NCBI GenBank assembly: GCA_000002435.2
Contig: CM018793.1
Length of the DNA: 64,000 bases
Direction: 5' to 3' (one strand)
Source of the DNA: Giardia intestinalis
Taxonomy: Eukaryota
Made by a program: the position numbers and the translations under genes
Notes under the pieces: model-generated
Databases searched by the model: none
The model's input: only the letters and a program-made list of their open reading frames with translations
Told to the model about the DNA's origin: nothing
In this document: one piece after another, positions 31,201-39,019 of the stretch
Position numbering within the stretch: the stretch's first letter is position 1
How the letters are laid out: every line of letters begins with the position of its first letter

Positions 31201-31325
31201 ACTCGCTTGAGGGCCTCATAAAGGACATATTTTAATAAGACGTAATTAGGAATGCTCTCTTCTATGGTCTCGCTGTCTGCTATAACGCTGCTCAGATCCT
31301 TGCAGCTGGAATCATGATTATTCAT
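25278..31325 (-). CDS. Giant hypothetical protein of about 2015 aa.
   Basis: It is a continuous ORF. The ORF-track start at 31340 is TTG, so the first ATG at 31325 is used (MNNHDSS...). No domain was recognised by eye. Confidence 0.55.
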   Translation of the reverse strand: MNNHDSSCKDLSSVIADSETIEESIPNYVLLKYVLYEALKRVVEELPRKGQINPATRSILILSKIRTLLSFLKHLLPIYSTHSRDIISKGKQLILSRWASSHDHYRVLRSVDEFPVTFTEVHGFYDPIYAVDRAIVMLSGPPGTRLTRWPFYSTPISMLQASKERYKSLIHGQYKRATTEEVVRYMVRELKPAGMSLAVSGARVAVKTDFYRCVFVTDINFYLNSGIDFLPMELMKLQFYPAELAQNTIMISSITECIQEKLQRVRKSLEMTSIRPTDTRFYMVHSIICDFISSRAASTMVTQLAMYKASNQNSAFQARASFYRRAPNAYGVQLQDALHEIAVPSFHHFFDKHKHRLLQPCFAVIFRLTVWSNSLIEKVYELGGCMLEDVGLFYPHIDLKYMIGYSVDEDTSLTAVKSLALGVGKGSHQTIGHILTLYQQTKRKDNYAIFFFRPVYTYPFGLIQLLSDTRVKHRKGPDFAEYLDVTRIPYYSTDSTDLSTRSQSSVFLFRFIMSLHSQLSSHINIPLVDFYNHFKVILANNTFLVDATREGLQAEISSVEIVLDASLGLAVSIISPGGDGRLQLTFQIKGADVTKIVQRIFSAAIYSYTDTIVDFMSDFARYFFLISDLSAGNTEPHFSKLQFEELQAQPQANRYLVLEGIDPTTVFSLPPTDTTKSLYTEKVYKALRKFNYLLRTCRFSMEIPHTQYSLFGADIKSFKTNEGDSMNSLNSSLFMSIENISEQLNYYHGGYFIPTPIPHAHVAVAMWDKSVRFYSEFLKESMSVKSPITDMTIQQKAECCVFVALAYSLPNIISPSGLLSAKPSGAWAGSVIKSIPINSAYLKYLRCNPAYESDFLATYAFLNTTVTTCRVSGSAMCLSKLYGIVAHIDSLLWHRAIERLLLGYNPSVILESNKACSECKRFRQFIQRTSAHGDVSQESELTIQLFTLLLNRSPSYSALPYRLRIVYRTLPNSTEGAFSAKGSSVLNTMLIPQLRQCKACNCDLKNPCRSKAASALELHLILYTTPPDEANPDSTGEVERSIAIYNGRASYSLVSRALLTIAPTICCQLFAKAMIDNLPLHIYLQRSEKALQTQSSMQRQRATEVDFRAFTRRDLVLLLFNLRNYIMKTRELQFNYQSFISYILDPDVIPTNVKLNGCTPEQHKMFIKLIALHQDFVSKRSLRRCIYSFKLPGQKIPLIPFIPSQRLFGHQGAGSEHSLSASDHRVRELSYLNFMPGSQLKQQAKIWSDNKVSASQGLQESLVKVPGLPLEHYYNIVEEEEAIVIFTATSLAHLITQHSYRLDDAWSKTDNRSDKRSKPQQIYTHTLEFPGGYLNPEQLSCFLLREPSNKGLGPEHNKQTRQLLNCLFGRVYENARLLGVIFRMAYMPTTFFENRLLLEPLDTYATTEPHCIKLAGMEREFVATTTIEATDSLRARISTQRETFERAWPQSQESKYQPDKSATSHVKLTDSLSPMVVSGALHYKRITNTMAKQTQVDPLPGHTGLLHLSVRMLCYTNPSVLQNGPQSFYILFDLNPPSIYTQLTAVEEPSGYDYIGDTTSFPETVHLWLARSGGDGIPVFAPRHLRYKLAFDAPAFRYVKAYSNGVGHYLMRYYNNEVLPVISLGSLYKQFDEALVPYFNCNLIGSTSLDDQRRLVADIRMKKAFRVCLGLLDLSEKGDLLTLLRTFTLEKERMQAIAKNDQVSFSLIQSNGRIKPIFARMYARMHSLLKSYHDTLPTRQTVIAKTCNVLLNLLCGVTNTSSKLNQISPGVSVEDVLSIVMTVEIAPRYWLSDLCYESLDKELAMYLLQKYSRINLQYLSIHSLIMLTTINTVICQRALLQFMQHTFDAFLDRVSSKQIVSTNNAPYFINSSNISLLAAKSISVYGVSSFPEVTGSFKLEGRPVHNVDRARDFPPLCTILRTLQLTDIISRRSMRLELLSYSMLIVRDGAEKMTGQHQSVSLGMPQQDTRLFLPIYIDRDPSVNRNLLQYYKTIRYGKYVIIYSLDGKFIGRIVQ

Positions 31326-31456
31326 TTTATTTACTAGCAAACGGCCGAAACTTGCTTAGAATACGAAAATAGACCCTATCCAGACAATATAAGGCGGTGT
31401 CTCATATAGCCGCCTTCCTATTTTTGTTACTTAGGAGTTTTAAAAGATGAACCTTG

Positions 31457-33175
31457 CTATACTAGGTTATAAGTTATGTCTGTTAGTAGATTGAGACGAG
31501 CTGTATGCCACCCGGATACGTCTGTTACCGTAATCACAGCACCTCCGTCTGTGATGTCTACCTGCTCGTCGGCGTCAAATTGCGAAAATGCGTTCCAGTC
31601 TGCCACGGCCCTACTAATTTGCTCTAGCTCATCTGCTGTGAAGGCGTAGTCTGATGCTTGTGTGGTTGATAACATTGCATCTTCACAGCTACTGTCTCCA
31701 TCTGTGAGACTACCCCAAGTGGTACTGGGGTCACAGTCTGTGTGCTCTGACACATGCTTAGGTACTGCCTGAAACAGATGTAAGGGCAACAGATTGACCA
31801 CATCAGTCTTAGCGACAGAGTCATGCTGGGGTGAAGGCGTGATATTAAGTGTTGTTGGGTCTTGCGTGGAAATAGCGTTCTCGTTAAGGTCAACAATGCT
31901 CTCTATAAGCTGTGGAATATCTTTTGATACTGGAGCACAAATGAATTCTTCGCTCTCTGAATCGTGTGGCGAATTGAGACAAGAGCTTGGCGCACTAAAC
32001 ATAGGACTAGTAGAGTCACGCGACTGTGCCACAATGCGCTGCTTAGGTGGTGATGGTTTATCTAGTAGAGAGAGACTTCGGAAATTAGCTGAATCATTCA
32101 GATATTCTTCTTCAACAGAGGAACGTGTAGGCGCCCTCTGTGATAGACTTGAGCGCTTTCTCACCATGATAATGTTTGTGGGAGAAATCCGCGGCTTTGA
32201 TGGCTCTCTGTGTGTCTGATAGGAAACAGCTGGCTCGCACTCGCTGTCACTTACAACGATGGCGCCGACCGAAAGTGAACATCCGTTAGACAGCGGCCTC
32301 TGCACAGCTGTGTCAAGCATCTGCGTCTCTGTAGGCGACTGATAGGGAATAGCAGCCGAAGCCAGTTGCCTGTCATAAATGTCTGGGGAAAACCGTGAAA
32401 GTGTTGGATATATAGAATGATTGTCTATTGCTGTGATACTCTTGCTTGCCTTGCTCATAGTGGTCTTCCTAGGCAACTTGTTACTGTCCATTGGCAGGCC
32501 TGGGACACGTATGGGCTGAAGGAGAGGAGACGGACTGACGCGTGTTTCAGTCAGCTTTGATGTTACATACGCCTCGATGGGAACAACGGTTCGCCTGGAT
32601 CCTACCAGGAGAACAACAGATCCTTTGAATAAACCTTCTACGCTGGGAAGAAACCGGACGGAGATGCGTAAGAGTGGTCCCTCCGGCCTGGAAGAAACCT
32701 GTAACGAATGACACGAAGAATATATGCGTATAAGTGAGAGGGGTGCGTCCATAACTCGTGAGTCCGCATACATGGTAATTGTCTCCGGCTCATCTATAGT
32801 AACCCTGTCTAAAATGACACGCTCTGGGGTAACGAAGGAGGCCGATGGCCTTTCACGCGCACTGGCAACGCGCTCTCGCACAAATCGAGTCAACAAGGTG
32901 TTCAAATGGGCATTTGATCTCTGAGAGGCTCGCGGTCTTGGAGGCATTCTGTAACTAGATTCCGTCCGCCGCGCTTCGTTTAGCTGCGTAGATGATTCCA
33001 GAGCCAATTCTATATATTCTGCGTGGACATAACGCAAAAAGAGGGGCCTGGGGATGTTGAAGTATTCCTGGCGTGTATGCTGTAAAAGCTGCACAATGTC
33101 AGTAATTGAGCGCCCAGACCTCATCGCTTCCTTCACATCGCGAGCCAGGAAGGGAAAACGCTGCTTTATGTCCAT
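31457..33175 (-). CDS. Hypothetical protein.
   Basis: It is a 572-aa ORF with an ATG start (MDIKQRF...) and a Ser/Pro-rich middle region. Confidence 0.5.
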   Translation of the reverse strand: MDIKQRFPFLARDVKEAMRSGRSITDIVQLLQHTRQEYFNIPRPLFLRYVHAEYIELALESSTQLNEARRTESSYRMPPRPRASQRSNAHLNTLLTRFVRERVASARERPSASFVTPERVILDRVTIDEPETITMYADSRVMDAPLSLIRIYSSCHSLQVSSRPEGPLLRISVRFLPSVEGLFKGSVVLLVGSRRTVVPIEAYVTSKLTETRVSPSPLLQPIRVPGLPMDSNKLPRKTTMSKASKSITAIDNHSIYPTLSRFSPDIYDRQLASAAIPYQSPTETQMLDTAVQRPLSNGCSLSVGAIVVSDSECEPAVSYQTHREPSKPRISPTNIIMVRKRSSLSQRAPTRSSVEEEYLNDSANFRSLSLLDKPSPPKQRIVAQSRDSTSPMFSAPSSCLNSPHDSESEEFICAPVSKDIPQLIESIVDLNENAISTQDPTTLNITPSPQHDSVAKTDVVNLLPLHLFQAVPKHVSEHTDCDPSTTWGSLTDGDSSCEDAMLSTTQASDYAFTADELEQISRAVADWNAFSQFDADEQVDITDGGAVITVTDVSGWHTARLNLLTDITYNLV

Positions 33176-33256
33176 GCCAAAGCCGACACGAAAGGCGACC
33201 CACGCTAAAGAAATCCTTAAACTGTAAAGGTTACGAGGTGGTCGTTTACAAAAGCG

Positions 33257-33904
33257 TTATACCGAGGATACAATCGGAGGGACAGTCTCCTTTAACCGAA
33301 TGTAGTTGGCATAAATGTTTTCAGTCTGTCCAAATTCGTTCCAAGGCTCTGTGTAGATGGAGCAGCCGAGGCGGTGCATTGTATCCAGGAAAGTATGGTA
33401 ACACCTGTCAAGCCCCTGCAGATAGGAAAGGGGGATGGATGCCTCACATGGCCTACAGCGTACATTGTGGATGCGGTAGTAGCATGTTTCTGGAGTCGCA
33501 TCCAAGTAGAGGATAACCGTAGGCAGCGGCAGGTCCTTTAGTTGGCTCTGGTACTGCTCATTATACAACTTGAAATCGGCGTCTGATATGAATCCGTCTT
33601 CATAGGAGTTGAGCGCGAAAACTAAATCACTAAAGACAGAGCGGTCAAGCAAGACGCCCTTGGCAGTCTTCGACGCCTGAATTGCCTCCTTGTATGTATT
33701 AAGACGCTGGTTGAAGAACCAAATCTGCATCTGATACCCCCATTTCTTTGGGTCCTCGTAGAAGAGCTCAAGGTAGGGATTTTCCTCCACAGGCTCTGTA
33801 AATAGCGTCAGGCCATACATGTTGGCAAGCTTGCTGGCGAGAGTGGATTTACCAGCTGCTATGTTCCCTTCTAATATGAAAATGTTTGGCGCAACGTAGC
33901 ACAT
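33257..33904 (-). CDS. Deoxynucleoside kinase in the dCK/dGK/TK2-like salvage family.
   Basis: It has the P-loop ILEGNIAAGKSTL near the N-terminus, an LLDRSVFSD (ERS/DRS-like) motif, and a length of 215 aa typical of the family. Giardia depends on deoxynucleoside salvage. Confidence 0.7.
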   Translation of the reverse strand: MCYVAPNIFILEGNIAAGKSTLASKLANMYGLTLFTEPVEENPYLELFYEDPKKWGYQMQIWFFNQRLNTYKEAIQASKTAKGVLLDRSVFSDLVFALNSYEDGFISDADFKLYNEQYQSQLKDLPLPTVILYLDATPETCYYRIHNVRCRPCEASIPLSYLQGLDRCYHTFLDTMHRLGCSIYTEPWNEFGQTENIYANYIRLKETVPPIVSSV

Positions 33905-34070
33905 TTATTTTTTACGATGTAGAACGGAGGCTCGTAAGACGCGAAGGTTAGTAGGCAAAAAGGGAAATGGCTGCAAAAAGAATATTAAGGGATAACTACT
34001 CAGCTGGTAGCAGTTCTTTGCTAGGCCTGAAGATCTGATGTTTTCCGCCAAAATAGTCGTTCAATCTTTA

Positions 34071-35354
34071 TTAATAGAATAGCAGGTCGGTAACGTGATG
34101 AGAGGCAGTTCGAGGTATCCCCATGGTTAGCAGACGCTGCTGGACTGTAGATGGGGACTCTATTACAAGGGACTTGTAAGTAGGATAGGTTCTCACAACT
34201 GCCTCGGCGACGCTGGGTGAGTAATTGCAAAGAATATTTCTGATGAAGCAGTGCCAATCATTACAATCATTAGAGTGCATGGTCGGCAAAGGACCAGAAT
34301 CAGCATCGTCTGATGGACAGACACATCGACACCGAGAAAGGTCAGAGGTACTTCTGAACAGATATTCATATATGCGTGCAGTATGCTCTGCACTAACACT
34401 TTGAATGATAGACGACACGTTTCCCTTGCTCACCTCATTGAGCACAGCCTGGAAAAGCTGACATTCATGAATGAGGAGCAGTTGCGGATCCTCTACCAGG
34501 AGAAAGGTGGGAAACCTCGCAGGACAACCAAGCTGCCGTTGAATGCGTCCATCATAGAGAGACGCAGACAGGTCAGAAATGGTCTTTCGCTCAACTAAAA
34601 CAGTAGGGTGATCATTACTCAATATAAGACAGTCTCCTCGAGGAAGTTTAGCAACAATTGTGTATTGTGCAATATCATGAGGCAGTAGCCTCGCATACGA
34701 TCCCTCTCCACGGCAATCTAACACGAGTCTCGATCTGCACTCGATAGCTGTTTGATTCGTAGGGTCAGCCCGATGGGCATCGTTCAAGATAGACTGCTCA
34801 TTCTCCGTGATCTTTTCTATCTCGTGGTGCTGAGGAGATAGCTTCGCAAGTATACCAGCCCCCTTCTTTGTCAAAATAAGCTCATTTTCTTTCGATAGCG
34901 TTACGTACTTTAGCTCTAGAAGCTTGCTTAGGGCCGTGTCAAATTGTACTTGCAAGGAGGATGGTTTCATCTCGACAGACGGAGACTGGGAAAGTGTCTT
35001 TGTGCTAGTACTGCTATCTCGGATAGACATAAGAGCATTCCAATATATGTCACCAATTCTAATTCTGGTCCTTTTGCTTCTAGACTCTGCAAGCGCCTCT
35101 TTTCGAGCATGGTATTCTTTCTCTGAGAATCTTATGAACTCCAAGTCCGCAATATCTAGGGTTGGGGCAGCAGTAGAACGCTCCGATTCGGGTTCAAGAA
35201 ACGAACCTGTGCGCTTGTACACAGCGTCAATGCCGTGAAGGTAGTCCTTCAGTGCAGAAGAGAGTCGATAATGGAGCTGTTCGGAGATGAGCGTCACAAA
35301 TGCTGACGGCTTCATACAACTTATAAAAAAGGAGGTCAATGTCACTGGAAGCAT
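34071..35354 (-). CDS. Hypothetical protein.
   Basis: The ORF-track start at 35423 is TTG. The first ATG is at about 35354 (MLPVTLTS...). It still overlaps the plus-strand EF-hand gene start by about 16 bp, and a later Met at about 35315 would remove the overlap. Confidence 0.45.
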   Translation of the reverse strand: MLPVTLTSFFISCMKPSAFVTLISEQLHYRLSSALKDYLHGIDAVYKRTGSFLEPESERSTAAPTLDIADLEFIRFSEKEYHARKEALAESRSKRTRIRIGDIYWNALMSIRDSSTSTKTLSQSPSVEMKPSSLQVQFDTALSKLLELKYVTLSKENELILTKKGAGILAKLSPQHHEIEKITENEQSILNDAHRADPTNQTAIECRSRLVLDCRGEGSYARLLPHDIAQYTIVAKLPRGDCLILSNDHPTVLVERKTISDLSASLYDGRIQRQLGCPARFPTFLLVEDPQLLLIHECQLFQAVLNEVSKGNVSSIIQSVSAEHTARIYEYLFRSTSDLSRCRCVCPSDDADSGPLPTMHSNDCNDWHCFIRNILCNYSPSVAEAVVRTYPTYKSLVIESPSTVQQRLLTMGIPRTASHHVTDLLFY

Positions 35355-35824
35355 ATTCTCAGGTGCTTGTGCGCAAGGTTGGGGATACCTTTGATATATT
35401 CGATACTGAGAAGAATGGAACAATTGATGTCAGAGAGGTAGGAACTGTTCTGCGCTCCTTGGGGGTGTACCCCACTGAGGCCCAGCTGCACTCCATGCTG
35501 TTAGAAATACAGCAGGATGAGCCGTCCATGTATGTTTCTAAGGCATCGTTTATGGCTGTGGTGTGCCGGGTGATCAGCACAAATGAAATAACTGGTCCTG
35601 CTCCGGATGAACTTGCCCGGGCATTTGCCGTTTTGGACCCCAACAATACCGGGTTTCTAGAAACGGAGCAGCTCAGGGTTTACTTGACTACGAGCGGGGA
35701 GCGGTTGAACGCCGATGAAATGGAGAATTTTAGTGCCTTTGCCACAGATACAGAAACGGGTCTAATTGATTGGAGATCCTATCTAACTGCTGTGACAGAC
35801 ATCCTGTGGCAAAATGATGACTAA
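35339..35824 (+). CDS. EF-hand calcium-binding protein of calmodulin/centrin/light-chain type.
   Basis: It has the canonical loops DTEKNGTIDVRE and DPNNTGFLETEQ plus the degenerate DTETGLIDWRSY. It is 161 aa, and the start is an ATG in caATGtcactgg. Confidence 0.7.
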   Translation: MSLEAYSQVLVRKVGDTFDIFDTEKNGTIDVREVGTVLRSLGVYPTEAQLHSMLLEIQQDEPSMYVSKASFMAVVCRVISTNEITGPAPDELARAFAVLDPNNTGFLETEQLRVYLTTSGERLNADEMENFSAFATDTETGLIDWRSYLTAVTDILWQNDD

Positions 35825-35841
35825 GATAAGGCCAGGGTGAG

Positions 35842-37695
35842 ATGGCTTGCCTATTAGGTGCTAGCTCGCCGGAGATAGTTTGCTTAATTAACTTAAAAAT
35901 GCTGACCTTTTATGCGCAAATTGCGGCAGCAGAGCGTGCCCCTCTAGTGCCAAGCATTGTCCAGCAATTAGATCCTTTTGAAGGGGGGCTGTGTCTTCAC
36001 TCTCTTGGGTCCAAAGACCTTCGGATTATCTTTCGTGCAATACTGGCGCAGCCCAAGGATTTACAACGCCTCATCATAGAGGACTGCAATTTGAGCTCCC
36101 TCGGCGTGGCACTAAGCAATGCCATCTGCTCGGCAACTGAGCTAGAGACCTTGATCTTCGACAGGTGCCAATTTGCAGTCAACGCTCTGTACACACAAGT
36201 CCTAGCCAACCTCCACCTTACTAAAGTAAAGGCACTCTCTATCATCAATTGCAAACTCACAGATTCTCAGCTCATATCTTTTGCACGCACTCTTGACAGC
36301 CTACCCTACCTTACCGAGCTTTCGCTCTCGCACAACCACGTCAAAGATAGCGCTATAGCGCAGCTCTTTAAGGCTCTTCAGAACTATTCTCTTGATACTC
36401 TGGACTTGCGGTTTTGCGGCCTGGGGTTCCAGAGTGCCAAAATCATCTTGTCGTTTCTTGACCGATACCCAGCAAATATAGGTACATTGCTACTGGACTA
36501 CAATAACTTTAGTGCGAATTTACAGAATCGTCTCCTTCAACGATGCTCTGACGGTGCTCCGCGGGCCTTGGACAAAAGCCAAGGCAGTAGTAGGTCTTTA
36601 AGCAGATCCTTAAGCAGGTCATCCAGCAGGAGTCCACAAGATCGTCGTCTTTCGCATGCTATGCGCACAAATGTCTGCACTAAGATAAGTGGATTCCACG
36701 ACGACGCGCTCCAGAATACTGAGTCAAATACGCTTACTCAAACCCACTTGGATATCAACTCTGGTACACAGATACACATGGATTCTCTTGAACTTGCAGA
36801 TATACAGCCCAATAATCAGGCAGAAAGCGGTGATATGAATCCGATGGTGTTACCATCTCAATCTGCTTCTGAATTGACTCTAAACTTCCCCGGCACTGAA
36901 AATTCTTCTACCATGTTACATACCATTCAGCATTGTATCAATACTAATGAGCTTACTGCCTTTCTAGATGCTCATCCAGACAAACATGGGCACCCGCTCA
37001 ATGTAGACTTCAAGACGTTCAAGTGGTCCTTTTCAGACATCCTTAGTACCTTCCAATCTATTATTTTTTCCTGCCAAAAGCGTAAGGAAAAACTCGGGAA
37101 AGCTGACCTTCGGAAGATGCTCAGTATCTTGCATTCCTTGCACAACGGTTCTGTGACATATAACGCACTCCTGAGATTAGATATGATATATAAATTAAAG
37201 TGTGCAGGCAAACGGAGTGATGCGTACGTAGTGTATCAGGAGAAGAAGGCTGGCTTACTGCTCAAAAGCTCGAACTTGGAACAAGTCGCTGCTTCCCATC
37301 AAAGCGAAATGCAAGGTTTATTTACTCGTATATCAGACTTACAACAACATATTAAAAATGTTACCATACGGCTAGAGGGTGGTAGCCTCGACGAGGAGAT
37401 TAACGATCTAGAGAAGAAAATTTCAGCTACAAAAACCAAAAATGTGGAGCTGTCTACTCAGGTAAAAGAAATACAACAGCTTTACGATGAGCTACTCGCC
37501 ACTGAGTATGCCCAGCAATCATCTGCAGCTGGGTATGTTGATAATCTCCGAAAAGAGTTTCCAGTTTATGCCGAAGCCAGAGAAGGATACTGCAAGTACC
37601 TCTACAATCTAATAGATGAGCTGCTTGAGCGGGTGCGGAATCACAAGAATGAACTGAAAGGTCTTTTGGATGCTATCCGTGTCCGCAGTGTATAG
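35842..37695 (+). CDS. Leucine-rich-repeat (RNI-like) protein with a C-terminal coiled coil.
   Basis: Repeated LxxLxLxxC/NxL units occur (LETLIFDRCQF, LTKVKALSIINCKLTD, LTELSLSHNHVKD, LDTLDLRFCGLG). A charged helical segment lies at the C-terminus. Confidence 0.6.
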   Translation: MACLLGASSPEIVCLINLKMLTFYAQIAAAERAPLVPSIVQQLDPFEGGLCLHSLGSKDLRIIFRAILAQPKDLQRLIIEDCNLSSLGVALSNAICSATELETLIFDRCQFAVNALYTQVLANLHLTKVKALSIINCKLTDSQLISFARTLDSLPYLTELSLSHNHVKDSAIAQLFKALQNYSLDTLDLRFCGLGFQSAKIILSFLDRYPANIGTLLLDYNNFSANLQNRLLQRCSDGAPRALDKSQGSSRSLSRSLSRSSSRSPQDRRLSHAMRTNVCTKISGFHDDALQNTESNTLTQTHLDINSGTQIHMDSLELADIQPNNQAESGDMNPMVLPSQSASELTLNFPGTENSSTMLHTIQHCINTNELTAFLDAHPDKHGHPLNVDFKTFKWSFSDILSTFQSIIFSCQKRKEKLGKADLRKMLSILHSLHNGSVTYNALLRLDMIYKLKCAGKRSDAYVVYQEKKAGLLLKSSNLEQVAASHQSEMQGLFTRISDLQQHIKNVTIRLEGGSLDEEINDLEKKISATKTKNVELSTQVKEIQQLYDELLATEYAQQSSAAGYVDNLRKEFPVYAEAREGYCKYLYNLIDELLERVRNHKNELKGLLDAIRVRSV

Positions 37696-37859
37696 GTAGA
37701 GGGTGCAAGTACGAATTTTCTCCTCTCCATGCTTTGTCTCTGTAGCGTTTGGAAAGCGATCAGTATGTATTTGTTGGTAGATAGATTGGCTAAGTAAGTA
37801 TTCCTTTATAACAAGCTTGAATCATGTATCGATACGTGTCAAATTACGATATCAATTAC

Positions 37860-38300
37860 CCCTAGGAGAGGCGCCCGCCGCCCTCTGCCGTCTGCCCCGT
37901 GGGCCTCTCGAGTGCCCGCGAGGCGATCCGGCTAGCGTGTCCGCGCCCCTTACGTAGGCAGGGATTCTCGCCGTCTCTGTCCCGCCGCCCTGGGCACCAG
38001 CACAGGGTCGCTTGCTGCGCCATCGTTGGTGCCTCTCCCGTGCCGAGCCAGGAGCACTGCAACCGCTGCAGCCTCTGTGTCAGGGCGGCCCGCACTGTTT
38101 TGTGGGTCCTCCTATGAGGTGCAAGCCGCGTGGGTGCCCTGATCGAGGTCGGCTAGCTGATCGGAAGCCTGAAGCCGGAATGACAGGCGCTCACAGTCTT
38201 CGACAGCTTTTGGTTCTGCTACTAGGGACAGATACCCACGATGACTATGCCCCCATCAGTTCGAATACAGTTGGCTGCGTTGTGGCCACGTCGTCAGCGT
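37860..38300. other. GC-rich island of roughly 70-75% GC at the edge of a non-coding spacer.
   Basis: It is compositionally distinct from the flanking sequence. Only short overlapping ORFs are present. It is followed by an AT-rich region of about 1.2 kb free of ORFs (39300..40600) that leads into duplication copy 2. Confidence 0.4.
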
Positions 38301-38653
38301 GTATCGGCTGGGCCCCTCAGAAGCTAAGAGTCTCGTCCAGAGCCCTTTCATCTCTATTTTGTTTCCAGTACTACTCCTGGAAGTCTACTAGCCCTTTGTC
38401 ATGGTTAATGTGCAATGTTTCTAAGCTCTCAAGTCGTGGGACAGCCCGAGCACTCCTTGCCTTTCCCACTTCCTAGCAGGTTCACAAGCTGAGTTAGAGA
38501 CGGCCGATTCTCCTGGCCCACAACTAATAGACGCTGTACTAGCTCTACTCAGCTGCGCCTTCGGCTCTGTTTAGGCCAAGCTCCCAGTTCCCTGGAGGGA
38601 CACCCTCATTCCCCATATCTTTAATAAAGGCTAGAGCATTCATAGCCATACGT

Positions 38654-39019
38654 TCATGTAAAATATAACGCATGCTCCAAATACTCGAGGTGGTTATGCC
38701 CTTTCCTACTCCATGCCCCCGGGACTGTATGCATTAGCATGACTTCAAAATATGCTCTGTTGAGCCTATCTTTTGGAGCACAGAAAACTAAAAGAACGGA
38801 GCCATGTTTTCGCCATGATCGAACTCGGTTACGACTAGATATACTGTACTGCGACAGAGGAAAGCTCTCCATTAGAGTGTCTTTTCTCAGACACGTGAAA
38901 TGCGCCATCAGAGCCGAAATCCGACGAACCATCTCGAGGGCTTTGGCCTCTTGGATGGCCATTCTCCACTGTCTGAAGAACCTTATTGCGTCTTTAAGAG
39001 CAGACTTATAACATTGCAT
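38654..39019 (-). CDS. Possible small hypothetical ORF of 121 aa.
   Basis: It has an ATG start. A second ATG-initiated ORF of 65 aa lies at 39139..39336(-). Neither has a recognisable motif, and both could be spurious. Confidence 0.15.
   Translation of the reverse strand: MQCYKSALKDAIRFFRQWRMAIQEAKALEMVRRISALMAHFTCLRKDTLMESFPLSQYSISSRNRVRSWRKHGSVLLVFCAPKDRLNRAYFEVMLMHTVPGAWSRKGHNHLEYLEHALYFT

Noticed and set aside
37860-38300. GC-rich island, considered as a possible rDNA fragment. Giardia rRNA genes are very GC-rich.
   Set aside because: No match to conserved SSU/LSU/5.8S motifs that I can recall, for example no sarcin-ricin loop AGTACGAGAGGAAC and no SSU 5' end CATCCGGTCGATCCTGCC. It is left as an unexplained GC island.
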